A stretch of DNA of 64,000 nucleotides from Terriglobia bacterium (GCA_963748015.1 CAVVHE010000008.1:384001-448000); one strand, 5' to 3'; positions 19,760-31,116 are shown, counted from the stretch's first letter. The notes: generated by a model from the letters alone, not told the origin. Made by a program: numbers and translations.

Positions 19760-21355
19760 TCACTCTCCCTTGCGGCCGGCGAGCCAGCCCCGTACGACGA
19801 AGGCCGCGGCCTCGGGATGCTGGCCGGCGGCCTCGATCAGCTTGCGCCGGAGCTCTCCCGACGCCGCAGCCGCGGCGGGAAGCGCTCCCGACGCGAGGCT
19901 CGCCTGCAGCTCCGCGATCGTCGGCGGGGCCGTGCCGGCCCCCACCGTGGGCGCCCCCACGGCGCGCAGCGCCGCGATCGCCGGCCGGACCGCGAGCAGC
20001 ACGACGAGGAGCACCGCGATCGGCAGGGCGGCGTAGCGGGCGACCTGGAGCCAGAACCCCCAGCGGTCGCCTCCCTCCGTCTTCAGGTCGGCCGCGGGAC
20101 CGGCGGTGCCGTCGAAGGCGATGTTCTCGACGATGAGCACGTCGCCCCGGGTCTCGTTGATTCCGGCGGCGGCGCGGACGAGGTCGGTGATCTTCTTCAT
20201 CTCGCCTTCGGTCCTCGGCACGGACTTGCGCTCCGTCTTCCCGTCCGCACCCGGCGTCTCCGCAACGGCGTTGTCCACGACCACCGCGACCGACTGGCGC
20301 GAGAGCTTGCCGACCGGCTCGGCGATCGTCGCGACGGTCTTGTTGATCTCGAAGTTCGTGGTGCTCGACTGCGACTCGTCCGCTCCCGACATCCCCGCGG
20401 CTGCGACCGGAGTGCCCGTGGGCAGGTTGGAAGCCGTTCCCGGGATGCCGCCTCCCGCCCCGGACTGGCGCCGCGTCTTGGATTTCTGCTCGCTGCGGAC
20501 CACCGCCACGTCGGGGTCGTACGTCTCCTCGACCCGCTGCACCCTTGCCATGTCCAGCTCGACGGTGGCGCGGGCGCGGACGCGCCCCCCCCCGACGACC
20601 GGCTCGAGGATGGACACGAGCGTGGTCTCGAGCCCCAGCTCGAGCGAGCGCTTCGACTCGATCTGGGAGGCCGACAGCGCCTCGGCCGACTCGGCGCCCC
20701 CGCCCTCGGAGAGCATCCTCCCGTCGCCGTCGATCACGCTGACGCGGGCGGGATCGAGCCCGTCGACGCCGCTCGCCACGAGGTGCGAGATCGCGCGAAC
20801 CTGGTTGTTCGAGAGCGCCCGCCTTGCTCTGAGCCGCACGACCACCGACGCGCTCGCCTCCTTGCGCTCGTCCGCGAACACCGAGGCCGGCGGGAGCGCG
20901 AGGTGAACGCGCGCGGACTCCACGACGTCGAGCCCCTGGATCGTGCGGGCCAGCTCGCGCTCGAGGGCGCGGCGGTAGTTGACGTTCTGCACGAAGTCCG
21001 AGAGGCCGAACGACGGCTTGTCGAAGATCTCGAAGCCGACGCCGCCGCCCCGCGGCAGCCCCTCGCCGGCCAGCTCGAGGCGCACCTCGTCGACCTTCTC
21101 GGCCGGGACCTCGACCACCGTGCCGCTCGCGCCGAGCCGGTAGGGGATCTGCTTGTCCTTGAGCGCCGCGATCACCGGGCCGGCGTCGTCGCCCCGGAGG
21201 TTGCTGAACAGCACGCCGTAGCGGATCCGCGAGGCGTAAACGCTCAGCCCCCAGACGACGCCGACCAGGGCGACCACACCCAGGCCGAGCTGGATCCTCT
21301 GCCGCGGCGCGAGCCGCGCGAGCGCGTTGCGGAAGCCGTCCATCATGCCTGCCAT
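19760..21355 (-). CDS. fliF: Flagellar MS-ring protein FliF
   Basis: Two TM helices; GFEIFD, NYRRALERELARTI, ARVHLALP, SVAVVVD. Confidence 0.96.
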   Translation of the reverse strand: MAGMMDGFRNALARLAPRQRIQLGLGVVALVGVVWGLSVYASRIRYGVLFSNLRGDDAGPVIAALKDKQIPYRLGASGTVVEVPAEKVDEVRLELAGEGLPRGGGVGFEIFDKPSFGLSDFVQNVNYRRALERELARTIQGLDVVESARVHLALPPASVFADERKEASASVVVRLRARRALSNNQVRAISHLVASGVDGLDPARVSVIDGDGRMLSEGGGAESAEALSASQIESKRSLELGLETTLVSILEPVVGGGRVRARATVELDMARVQRVEETYDPDVAVVRSEQKSKTRRQSGAGGGIPGTASNLPTGTPVAAAGMSGADESQSSTTNFEINKTVATIAEPVGKLSRQSVAVVVDNAVAETPGADGKTERKSVPRTEGEMKKITDLVRAAAGINETRGDVLIVENIAFDGTAGPAADLKTEGGDRWGFWLQVARYAALPIAVLLVVLLAVRPAIAALRAVGAPTVGAGTAPPTIAELQASLASGALPAAAAASGELRRKLIEAAGQHPEAAAFVVRGWLAGRKGE

Positions 21356-21392
21356 CGCATCACCCCGTCGTCAGGGCCGTCCCGGTGAACCG

Positions 21393-21707
21393 TCAGGCGC
21401 CCATCCGCATGATCTCGCGATAGGCGTCCACCAGCTTGTTGCGCACTTCCATCATGGTCTTGAAGGAGACCTCGGCCTCCTCGATCTTGATCAGCACGTC
21501 GTGGAGGTCCACGTCCTCGCCTCGCGCGAACGAGGCCTGCGCGACCTCGCTCTCCTGCTGCAGGCGGTCCACGGAGCGGATCGCGTCCTTGAGGGTGTCG
21601 CCGAAGGACGGCGAGCCGTCCGCGGCCTTCCCGGCGGAGGCGGGCCGCTCGGCGCCCGCGGGGCCCGTGATCGGTCCGATCTTGGGAATCATCGAGAGCG
21701 GGTCCAT
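21393..21707 (-). CDS. fliE: Hook-basal body protein FliE
   Basis: SFGDTL...DLHDV...EVRNKLVDAYREIMRM. Confidence 0.95.
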   Translation of the reverse strand: MDPLSMIPKIGPITGPAGAERPASAGKAADGSPSFGDTLKDAIRSVDRLQQESEVAQASFARGEDVDLHDVLIKIEEAEVSFKTMMEVRNKLVDAYREIMRMGA

Positions 21708-21709
21708 GG

Positions 21710-22135
21710 TCACCTCAGGATGCCGAGAGCGGAGCGGAGCATCTCGCGGATGCTGCGCACCGTGGTCACGTTGGCCTCGTAGGACCGGGTGGCGGAGAGC
21801 ATGTCGACCATCTCCTGGAGCGGCTCCACGTTCGGGTACGAGACGAAGCCGGCCTCGTCCGCGTCGGGGTGGCCCGGCTCGAATTTCTTCACCGGCGGTG
21901 CGGGGTCCTCGACGATCCTCTCGACGCGGACCGACTTGAGCGCGACCCCGAGCTCGTCCCCGAAGTTCGAGGAGACCGGGTCCGCAGTGAACACCGGCTC
22001 CTTCCTCTTGTACGGGCCGCCTTCGGCGGTGCGGGTCGTGCGCGCGTTCGCGAGGTTCGACGCGACGATCTCCATGCGCGCGCGCTGGGCCGACAGCCCG
22101 GCGGCGCAGATTCCGAGGGCGCGGTTGAGGCTCAT
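21710..22135 (-). CDS. flgC: Flagellar rod protein FlgC
   Basis: GLSAQRARMEIVASNLANA...GGPYKRK...PGHPDAD...PNV...ATRSYEAN. Confidence 0.96.
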   Translation of the reverse strand: MSLNRALGICAAGLSAQRARMEIVASNLANARTTRTAEGGPYKRKEPVFTADPVSSNFGDELGVALKSVRVERIVEDPAPPVKKFEPGHPDADEAGFVSYPNVEPLQEMVDMLSATRSYEANVTTVRSIREMLRSALGILR

Positions 22136-22536
22136 GATCCCGTCCTCCCGTCCGTGGCGGAGTAGATGAGCAGGGCGAAGCGCTTGCGGACCATCTCGGC
22201 CGCGCCCTGGTACCTTCCCTGCATCGCGGCGAGCAGCATCATTTCCCGGTCCACGTCCACCGAGTTGCCGTCGTTGCGGACCCGGTCCGCGGCGACCTCG
22301 ACCACGGTGCCCATGTCCGCGGGGGAGGGGCCGATCGGAAGATGCCGCGGGTCGGTCCGCTCCACGTCGAGCGTGCCGGCGAGCTCGAGCGCTTCCTGGA
22401 ACTGCACGTCGAGCGCCCGGTAGGCCGGCGTGTCGAGATTCGCGAGGTTCGAGGTGATCAGGGCGGAGCGCTTCGCGGCCCGGTCGAGGGTCGTGCGCAG
22501 CAGCGCCACGGTCGAGTCGTGCACGGGTTCCGTCAT
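22132..22536 (-). CDS. flgB: Flagellar rod protein FlgB
   Basis: SNLANLDTPAY..DVQF; RNDGNSVDVDREM. Confidence 0.95.
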   Translation of the reverse strand: MTEPVHDSTVALLRTTLDRAAKRSALITSNLANLDTPAYRALDVQFQEALELAGTLDVERTDPRHLPIGPSPADMGTVVEVAADRVRNDGNSVDVDREMMLLAAMQGRYQGAAEMVRKRFALLIYSATDGRTGS

Positions 22537-22574
22537 CGTTCGTCTCCCTGCCGCCCCGCTGCCCTCTCGGGACG

Positions 22575-22590
22575 CGCAAGTTCCGTGCCC
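22575..22590 (-). promoter_or_regulatory. sigma54 promoter for flgBC-fliE-J
   Basis: Minus strand GGGCAC-GGAAC-TTGCG. Confidence 0.75.
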
Positions 22591-22630
22591 CGGAAGCAGA
22601 GGCGCGCCGCCGCGCCGTTCCCGCGCCGCC

Positions 22631-22667
22631 CGGCAAGAACCTGCCGCGCCGCGGCCATCGGCTGCCG
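22631..22667. promoter_or_regulatory. Tandem dyad enhancer boxes CGGC(A/C)-N6-TGCCG upstream of flgB
   Basis: CGGCA-AGAACC-TGCCG (22631) and CGGCC-ATCGGC-TGCCG (22652); similar boxes upstream of flgF, flgD and fliK. Confidence 0.6.
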
Positions 22668-22699
22668 CCCCTTCGCACCGGCGCGGGGGAAAGGGGCGG

Positions 22700-24025
22700 T
22701 CACGGCGCCACCCCGGTCAGCGGCGTGCCCGCGTCGCGGTATTGCTTGAGCTTGTGCCGGAGCGTGCGAGGGGAGATCCCGAGCGCCGCCGCGGCCTCGG
22801 CACGGTTCCCGCGGGTCTCGGCGAGGATCCTGCGGATCGTCTCGCGCTCGGCGTCCTCGAGCGAGCGGCCGGCCAGCGGAGCGGCGTCCTTGGGTCGCAG
22901 CGCGGGCTCGAGGTCGAGGTGCGCGGCGTCGATCGGGCCGCTCCCGGCGAGGATCGCGGCCCGCTGGAGAGCGTTCTGCAGCTCTCGCACGTTTCCCGGC
23001 CAGGTGTGCTCGGCGAGGCGCCTGAGCGCGGCGCGTGTGAGCGTCGCCGTCGGGCCGCCGTAGATCCTCGCGAAGCGCGACGCGAGCGGCTCGACGTCTC
23101 CCGGACGCTCGCGGAGCGGCGGGATCCGGAGCGGCATCACGCGCAGCCGGTAGTAGAGGTCTTCCCTGAAGCGGCCCGCGGCGACCTCCTCCCGGAGGTT
23201 CTTGTTCGTCGCCGCCACCACGCGCACGTCCACGCGGAGCTGGGTCTCGGAGCCGACGGCCTGGATCACCTGGTCCTGCAGGACGCGGAGGAGCCGCGAC
23301 TGGAGGTCGGGGCTCATCTCGCCGATCTCGTCCAGGAGGAGCGTGCCGCCGTCGGCCAGCTCGAAGTGTCCCCTGCGGTCCCTGAGGGCGCCGGTGAACG
23401 CCCCCTTGCAGTGGCCGAACAGCTCGGCCTCGAGCAGCTCGCGCGGAAGGGCGGCGCAGTTGACCGCGACGAACGGACCGGCGGCGCGAGGGCTCTCCCG
23501 GTGGATCAGCCTCGCGAAGACCTCCTTGCCCGCTCCCGACTCGGCCTCCAGGAGGACGGTCACGTCCGATCGGGCGGCGCGTAGCGCCAGCTCCACCGTG
23601 CGGAGCGTCGCCGGGTCCTCGGCCACGAGGTCGGCCGCGTCGGCCGGCGCCTGGCGGCGCGAGCCGCGCGCGAGGGCCGCCTCGACCGTGCGGGTCAGCG
23701 CCTCGGGGGAGAACGGCTTCGTGAGGTAGTCCACGGCGCCGTCGCGGACGCAGGAGACGGCGGACTCGACCGTGGCGAATGCGGTCACGACCACGACGCG
23801 GGAAGAGGGAGAGAGGGCCCTCACGCGCTGGACCAGCTCGTGGCCGCTCATGCCTGGCATGCGGAGGTCGGTGACGACGACGCCGTAGGGCGCGCGCGCG
23901 AGGGCGCGCAGCGCGTCCTCGCCTCCGGACACGCGGTCCACCGCGTGCCCCTCGCGGCTCAGCACCCGCTCCATCGCGAGCGCCATCTGGGGCTCGTCGT
24001 CCACCACGAGGATCCGCTCAGACAT
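22700..24025 (-). CDS. sigma54-dependent response regulator (FleR/FlrC-like)
   Basis: Intact receiver domain (VVDDE, TDLRMP, KP); ESGAGKE; GAFTGA; WPGNVREL; Fis HTH. Confidence 0.9.
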   Translation of the reverse strand: MSERILVVDDEPQMALAMERVLSREGHAVDRVSGGEDALRALARAPYGVVVTDLRMPGMSGHELVQRVRALSPSSRVVVVTAFATVESAVSCVRDGAVDYLTKPFSPEALTRTVEAALARGSRRQAPADAADLVAEDPATLRTVELALRAARSDVTVLLEAESGAGKEVFARLIHRESPRAAGPFVAVNCAALPRELLEAELFGHCKGAFTGALRDRRGHFELADGGTLLLDEIGEMSPDLQSRLLRVLQDQVIQAVGSETQLRVDVRVVAATNKNLREEVAAGRFREDLYYRLRVMPLRIPPLRERPGDVEPLASRFARIYGGPTATLTRAALRRLAEHTWPGNVRELQNALQRAAILAGSGPIDAAHLDLEPALRPKDAAPLAGRSLEDAERETIRRILAETRGNRAEAAAALGISPRTLRHKLKQYRDAGTPLTGVAP

Positions 24026-25238
24026 GGGTTCCCTCCGCCGCTCGAGGGCGGCCCGCCGCGGGGATCTCGACGCGGGCCAGGGTCCCTCGGCCCGGTGCGC
24101 TGTCGAGCGCGATCCGCCCGCCGTGGCGCTCCACGATCCCGTGAACTATCGACAGGCCGAGGCCCGTGCCCCCCTCCGTCCGCGTGAAGAACGGATCGAA
24201 GACGCGGGGGAGATCCTCGGGCGCGATCCCGCGGCCGCTGTCCTCGACGAGGAGCACCGCGTGGCCTCTCTCGTGGCGCGCCGCCACGACGATGGAGCCT
24301 CCCGGCTCGGTCGCGGCGAGCGCGTTGCCGAGAAGATTGAGCAGTACCTGGCGCATCCCCTCGGGGTCGGCCTCGACCGCGCAGCGGGCCTCGGGAACGG
24401 GTCCCGCGAGCCGCACGCCGCGCAGGGCGCAGGCCGGCGCCAGGAGAGAGCACGCGTCGGACGCGAGCAGGGCGAGGTCGGTCGGTCGCGCCTTCCCGCT
24501 GCTGGGCGAGGCAAACGCGAGGAGGTTCGAGACCGTCGTTTCGAGCCCCGCCGTGGCGGCCACGATCTGGTCTGCCATGTCGCGGAGGGGCTCGTGACCC
24601 TCGAGGTCGTCGCGAAGCATGCCCGCGAACAGGCGGATGCTGCCGAGGGGATTGCGCACCTCGTGGGCGATCTCCGCGGCCATCCTCCCGAGCGCTTCGA
24701 GGTGCCGCCGACGCGCCTCCTCTTCTTCCTCGATCCGGATCTCCGTGATGTCCTGGACCGTCACGACGAGCGACGTGTCGGCCTCGCCGGACGGCAGGAC
24801 CGTGACGGCGAGATCCCGCGGTCCCGAGGGGGAGTCGCGGCGGAGCCGGGCCGCTCCACCGGCCGTGGACGACGCGCCGAGCCACTTCAGGTCGTCGTCG
24901 GCGAGCCGCTCGCCCGTCGTCCCGAGCCCCATCCGCTCGAAGGCCCGGTTGGTGCGGAGCAGCGCGCCGTCCGACGCGACGACGGCCACGCCCCCGTCCA
25001 TGGCGTCGAGAACCGTCTCCAGGCGGCGGTGCGCTGCGAGCAACTGCCGCTCGAGACGCTCCGCCCTCGCGCGAAGGTCGGCGTGGCGCTCCTCGAGGCT
25101 CGCCGCCGCGTGCTCGAAACGGTGGAACGCTTGAACGAGAACGTCCGTGGGAAGCCCGGCCGGGATGGCCAAGGGGGGAGTGGGTCCGGCACTCCCGGCC
25201 GGGCGCAGATCGGGTTCGAGGCAAGGGCGTTCTCTCAT
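24018..25238 (-). CDS. Cytoplasmic PAS sensor histidine kinase (FleS/FlrB-like); exact start uncertain
   Basis: Coiled coil and PAS-like region; H-box AHEVRNPL; NLLGNA; DSGRG; FDPFFT; GTGLGL; no TM helix. Confidence 0.88.
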   Translation of the reverse strand: MRERPCLEPDLRPAGSAGPTPPLAIPAGLPTDVLVQAFHRFEHAAASLEERHADLRARAERLERQLLAAHRRLETVLDAMDGGVAVVASDGALLRTNRAFERMGLGTTGERLADDDLKWLGASSTAGGAARLRRDSPSGPRDLAVTVLPSGEADTSLVVTVQDITEIRIEEEEEARRRHLEALGRMAAEIAHEVRNPLGSIRLFAGMLRDDLEGHEPLRDMADQIVAATAGLETTVSNLLAFASPSSGKARPTDLALLASDACSLLAPACALRGVRLAGPVPEARCAVEADPEGMRQVLLNLLGNALAATEPGGSIVVAARHERGHAVLLVEDSGRGIAPEDLPRVFDPFFTRTEGGTGLGLSIVHGIVERHGGRIALDSAPGRGTLARVEIPAAGRPRAAEGTHV

Positions 25239-25252
25239 CGTCGGGGGGTGAT

Positions 25253-25268
25253 AGCAAGGGACGTTCCC
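25253..25268 (-). promoter_or_regulatory. sigma54 promoter for the kinase/regulator pair
   Basis: Minus strand GGGAAC-GTCCC-TTGCT. Confidence 0.65.
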
Positions 25269-25445
25269 GACGGGCCATGCATGGCAAGATCCGTGTTTGC
25301 AATAACATGGATCTGGTCGTTCCGGGCCGAGCCGCGGGGAGCGACGGTCCGCCGACGGCGTCCGACTCGGGAGGTGTCGGGAAGACGGACGCCGGGGCGA
25401 CCCGCATTGGGCCCAATCATAAATATTCGATAAATAGAAAATGCA

Positions 25446-25473
25446 TTGACAAAATTAGTCAGCGTCATATTTT
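25446..25473 (+). promoter_or_regulatory. sigma70-type promoter for the FleQ-like activator
   Basis: TTGACA-16 nt-TATTTT, preceded by an A/T-rich UP-like tract. Confidence 0.65.
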
Positions 25474-25559
25474 AACGTCTCCGGCGGCACGCAACTCAAC
25501 TATTGAGGCGGATGCCACGACGCGAGCCCGAACGGGACCTGTCGAGGGGGGGAGACGCG

Positions 25560-26978
<1,419 letters not shown>

Positions 26979-27303
26979 CCCCGCACCGCCGCCTCGCCCT
27001 TCGTGAACGAGACCACCGCGCCGCGAGTCGCCTCGAGCATCGAGGCAACGGCGGCCTCCGCGTCGCGCCCCTGCCGCAGGAGCGCGCCGGCCTCCTCGTC
27101 GAGCGCGCGGCGCTGGTCCGCGGCGAGCCGCTCCTCGAGGTCCCGCATGACCGGCCTGAGGCGCTCGATCGCGAGGCCCCGCAGCTCGACGGCTCCCCGG
27201 AGCGCATCCGGATCGTCCTGCGACGCGGCCGCGAGGAGGCTCGACGTGGCCGTACGCACCGCGTCGAGCGCCTCGGCGAGCGGCTGCGGAAGCGCGGCGC
27301 GGA

Positions 27304-27729
27304 TCATCGCGCCGACGCCATTTCCGGAGCGGACGCGTCGGAGAGACGGCGGGCCGCGGCCTCGCGCCACGCCGCGCCCAGCTCCCCCAAGTGGGTGGCG
27401 ACCTCGGCGAACGCCGCGTCGTCGTTGCGAAGGTGCCCCTCGGTGACCCGGCGCAGGAGGTAGGCGTAGAGGCGGTCCATGTTGGCCGCGACCTCGCCGC
27501 CGCGCTCCGTGTCGAGGCTCGCCTGGAGCAAAGACAGGCAGCGCACCACCCTCTGCACCGCCGTGCCCTTCGACGCCATCTGACGCGAGGCGAGGGCGGT
27601 TCTCGCGCGCGCGACGTGGACGAGGGCGATCTCGAACACCCGCGACACGAGCGTCACCGGGTCCGCGGTCCGGATGTCCTGCTCCACGTACGCCGACGCC
27701 GCGTGACCGGCATTGCTCGAGGAAGCCAT
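27304..27729 (-). CDS. fliS: Flagellin chaperone FliS
   Basis: AY...TADPVTLV; LQASLD...GGEVAANMDRLYAY; ELGAAW. Confidence 0.92.
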   Translation of the reverse strand: MASSSNAGHAASAYVEQDIRTADPVTLVSRVFEIALVHVARARTALASRQMASKGTAVQRVVRCLSLLQASLDTERGGEVAANMDRLYAYLLRRVTEGHLRNDDAAFAEVATHLGELGAAWREAAARRLSDASAPEMASAR

Positions 27730-27742
27730 GCTCACCCTTCTC

Positions 27743-29650
27743 CTATCGGCCCAGGATGCTGCTGAGCTGGGATTGCTGGGCCTGCAGGGACGAAATGGCG
27801 GATTCGGCCGCCGCGAAGCTCCTCGTGAGATACGCCCGGCGCTTCTCGAGGCGGGCATCGATGCGCGAGATCTGGTCGGAGATCCGCTTCAGGTCCTCCT
27901 CGAGAACGTCGCGGGCCGACGCGATCGGGCCCGTGCCGAGCCCCGTCGTCTCGTCGAGCTTCCCGAGGAGCGTGCGGACCAGGCCGCGGGTGTAGGACAG
28001 CGTCCCGAAGTTTCCGCCGTTGGCCGTGACGTCGGCGGCGGTGGCCGTGACCTTCAGGGTCAGTCCGGCGTACGCCCCCCCCTCGGCCGCCGTCAGGTAC
28101 TGGCCCTCGCCCGTGGCGTCCACGCCGCCGATCCGCCCCGCGACGTCCAGGCCGGTGGAGGTCGAGGCGGAGGTGCCGAAGCCGCTTCCCGTGCCGTCGC
28201 CGGGGTCGGCGAGGCTCGAGGTCACCGAGACCGTCGCCGCCGAGCCGAAGTCGCGGCTAGCGATCCGGAGACGGCCGCCGTCGCTCATCGCCGTCGCGGC
28301 GATTCCCGCGGCGCGCAGGGCGGCGTTGACCGCATCCGCCATCGAGCCGATCGTCATGCCGGCGGTCAGCGCGACCGTCGTGCTCCCGCCCGCCGTCGCG
28401 ATCGTCAGGGTCTCGTCGCGTCCCAGCCCGCTTCCCGAGATCGCCGTGCTGCCGGAGACCGACGCCTGCTCGGCCGCGCGCGTGATCTCCACGGCATAGT
28501 CGCCGGAGACCGTGACCGCGGAGGAGCTCTGGTAGCGGATCCGCGGGTCGGTGGACACGCCGGACGCGAGGAACAGGCGGCCGACCTCGTCGAACCGGTC
28601 CTCGAGGAGCGTGCGCAGCGAGCCCGAGTCGAGCGACATCTTCCCGGTGAGGCCGTCGAACGAGACCCCGACGGCCGACAGCGAGCGGATCGCGCCGATC
28701 GGGATCCCCTCGACGCCGCTGGTCACGAGGCCGGCCAGCTCCTGCTGGATCTGCCTCGCCGTGCCGTCGCCGGAGAGGACCCCCGGATTGTCGCGGCTGA
28801 ACTGGGCGTTGAAGAAGTCGATCGCGTCGTTGTAGGCCGTGGAGATGGACTGCACCGCCTTGATCACGCCGTCGAGATCCGGCCGGACCTCGACCGTCAC
28901 GGGGGTCCCCGTCGTCCTCGCGAGCAGGTTGATCGTCGTGCCGGCCACCACCCCCGTGACCTGGTTGCTCGAGGAGGTCACCTGCAAGCCGTCCACCGTC
29001 AGCCGCGCGTCGGCCGCGGCCGCCACCACGTTGCCGGGGTCGGCGAGGCCGAGGTTCGTGGTGTCGGTGATCGCGAGGGCGTGCGAGGCGCCGGTTTCTT
29101 CCGAGCGGACCACGAGGCGGTACCCGGTCCCGTCGTAGAGGACCGCCGCCTCGACCCCCTGGTCGGCGTTGTTGATCGCGTCGCGGACGGCCTCGAGGGA
29201 GTTGTTCCCGGAGGCGGCGCTCACGTTCACCGTGATCGCGGACTTGCCCCCCGCCTGGATCGTGATCGTGCCGTCCGACACGAGACCCTGGTCGGACGCG
29301 GCCACGCCGGCGCTGCGCACCTTGTGGGCGGCCGCGAGGTCGAGGACCTCGATCGAGAAGATGCCGGTCTCGGCCCCGGCTCCCGGTGTTGCGCGGAGGA
29401 ACGAATCGTCGCTCACCTTCGCGGTTCGGCCCCGGAAGGTCACGTCCGCCGAGAGCCCGCGCATCGCGTCCGAGAACGCGCTCAGCTTCGAGCGCATCTG
29501 GTCGAGCGCGGACCTCCGGGCCCGGTAGAGCGTCTGCCTGGACTCGAGCTTGACCGCGGGGCGCCGCTCGGCGTTCAGGATCGCGTCGACGATGGCCTTC
29601 GTGTCGAGGCCGCTGGCCAGGCCGCCGAAGTTGATCGAGCCGATGTCCAT
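27743..29650 (-). CDS. fliD: Filament cap protein FliD
   Basis: FGGLASGLDT; DARLTVDG...SSSN; YNDAI; LSGD; C-terminal F...ESAISSLQAQ. Confidence 0.95.
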   Translation of the reverse strand: MDIGSINFGGLASGLDTKAIVDAILNAERRPAVKLESRQTLYRARRSALDQMRSKLSAFSDAMRGLSADVTFRGRTAKVSDDSFLRATPGAGAETGIFSIEVLDLAAAHKVRSAGVAASDQGLVSDGTITIQAGGKSAITVNVSAASGNNSLEAVRDAINNADQGVEAAVLYDGTGYRLVVRSEETGASHALAITDTTNLGLADPGNVVAAAADARLTVDGLQVTSSSNQVTGVVAGTTINLLARTTGTPVTVEVRPDLDGVIKAVQSISTAYNDAIDFFNAQFSRDNPGVLSGDGTARQIQQELAGLVTSGVEGIPIGAIRSLSAVGVSFDGLTGKMSLDSGSLRTLLEDRFDEVGRLFLASGVSTDPRIRYQSSSAVTVSGDYAVEITRAAEQASVSGSTAISGSGLGRDETLTIATAGGSTTVALTAGMTIGSMADAVNAALRAAGIAATAMSDGGRLRIASRDFGSAATVSVTSSLADPGDGTGSGFGTSASTSTGLDVAGRIGGVDATGEGQYLTAAEGGAYAGLTLKVTATAADVTANGGNFGTLSYTRGLVRTLLGKLDETTGLGTGPIASARDVLEEDLKRISDQISRIDARLEKRRAYLTRSFAAAESAISSLQAQQSQLSSILGR

Positions 29651-29668
29651 GTTGTCTCTTGTCGCCGA

Positions 29669-30022
29669 TCAGAGCGTGTGGTCGAACAGCACGCCGAACA
29701 TCTCGCGAAAGCGGGACACGAAGGCGAGGTACTCCTCGGGAGGGAACTGACGGACGACCTCGCGGGGAGGGGTATCGCTCGAGTAGATGCGGACGATCAC
29801 ACGGTCGAGGGACTCATCGTAGGAGAATTCGGCGCTGCGGCCGCCGAGCACGATCTTGTTCCCGCCGTCGCGAAGCGCCTCGGCCACCGCCTTGCTCGTC
29901 TCGGCTGAGGATCGCTCCCCGGGTTCCGAGGCCGCGCGGGAGCGGTCTCCCGAGCGGAGCTGACGCGAGCCGACGGGAGGCGCGGCGCCGATGCCGTCCA
30001 CTGCCGGAATGGGAGAGCTCAT
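29669..30022 (-). CDS. flaG: FlaG family protein
   Basis: FSYDESLDRVIVRI...EVVRQFPPEE...GVLFD; between fliC and fliD. Confidence 0.88.
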   Translation of the reverse strand: MSSPIPAVDGIGAAPPVGSRQLRSGDRSRAASEPGERSSAETSKAVAEALRDGGNKIVLGGRSAEFSYDESLDRVIVRIYSSDTPPREVVRQFPPEEYLAFVSRFREMFGVLFDHTL

Positions 30023-30039
30023 GACGACCTCTCTGAGTC

Positions 30040-30072
30040 AAGAAAGGAGGGGCCCCCCGGGGGGGCCCCTCC
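30040..30072 (-). terminator. Intrinsic terminator after flagellin
   Basis: GGAGGGGCCCC/GGGGCCCCTCC stem followed on the minus strand by TTTCTT. Confidence 0.75.
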
Positions 30073-30093
30073 TCCAGCGAATCGGGGCCCGCG

Positions 30094-30978
30094 CTACCGG
30101 AGCAGCGAGAGCACGCTCTGCGCCGACGCGTTCGCCTGCGCCAGGGCCGACAGCCCGGTCTGGTTGAGCACCTGCCACTTGGTCAGGCTGACGATCTCGC
30201 TCGCCACGTCCGCGTCGCGGATCTGGCTCTCCGCGGCGGCGAGATTCTGGGCCTGCGTTCCGACGACGCTGATCGTCGCGTCGAGGCGGTTGAGCGCCGC
30301 GCCGAGGCCGCCCCTGCGGCTCGCGAGGTCGGCGATCGCCAGGCGGATCTGGTCCAGCTCGGTCTTCGCGCCGGCCTTGGTGTTGAGCGCCGTCGTCGTG
30401 ACGGTCACGCCCGTGCCGGTGCCGGTGAGGCCGAGGCCGCCCGTGGCGGACCCGGTGGCCGTGAGGGCCGAGGTCGTCAGGGTGATGGTGTTCGCCGCGG
30501 CGGTGCCCGACGCGCCGACCTGCACGTCGAACGTGGCGCCCGTGGTGCCCAGCAGGACCTGACCGTTGAAGTCCACCGTCAGGCTGATCCGGTTGATCTC
30601 GCGGAGGATTTCCTGGTACTCGCCGTTGATCGCGGCCTTCGCGCCGCCGCTGTCCGCGCCGGACGTGTCGGACGCCGCCTGCTCGGCCAGGGACACGGCC
30701 CTCTGCAGGAGGGTCGAGACCTCGGAGAGGGCGCCGTCCGTCACCTGCACCACGCTGACGCCGTCGTTGGCGTTACGGACCGCCTGGTTCAGGGCCGCGA
30801 CGTTCGCCTTGAGACCGTCGGCGATGGCAAGACCGGAGGCGTCGTCGGCGGCGGAGTTGATCCGCATGCCGGACGAGAGGCGCTCGAGGGTCTTGGACAG
30901 GCCGACGTTCGTACGGCCGAGGCGGTTGAGGGCGTTCAAGGCACCGATGTTGTTGACGATCGAAAAGCTGCTGGACAT
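30094..30978 (-). CDS. fliC: Flagellin, short (294 aa)
   Basis: LERLSSGMRINSAADDASGLAI; NANDG; QVGA; LGAALNRL; AESQIRDAD.A; LAQAN...VLSLLR; GGAGGA RBS. Confidence 0.96.
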   Translation of the reverse strand: MSSSFSIVNNIGALNALNRLGRTNVGLSKTLERLSSGMRINSAADDASGLAIADGLKANVAALNQAVRNANDGVSVVQVTDGALSEVSTLLQRAVSLAEQAASDTSGADSGGAKAAINGEYQEILREINRISLTVDFNGQVLLGTTGATFDVQVGASGTAAANTITLTTSALTATGSATGGLGLTGTGTGVTVTTTALNTKAGAKTELDQIRLAIADLASRRGGLGAALNRLDATISVVGTQAQNLAAAESQIRDADVASEIVSLTKWQVLNQTGLSALAQANASAQSVLSLLR

Positions 30979-31088
30979 CCTGAAATCCTCCGTGATCGTT
31001 CCCGCGGCTTCCTTGCCACGGTGGCCACCGGCGGGGCGGCCCGTCCGCTCGCGGCCGAAACCCACAATGGGTTCCGGCCACGCCTGAG

Positions 31089-31116
31089 TTATCGGCAGCG
31101 GTAGGCGCCGACTTGA
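31089..31116 (-). promoter_or_regulatory. sigma28 promoter for fliC
   Basis: Minus strand TCAAG-15 nt-GCCGATAA (perfect sigma28 -10). Confidence 0.88.

Noticed and set aside
5515..21355. Non-flagellar type III secretion system
   Set aside because: The export genes sit with rod, hook, flagellin, fliG and flhF/G; no secretin or needle genes
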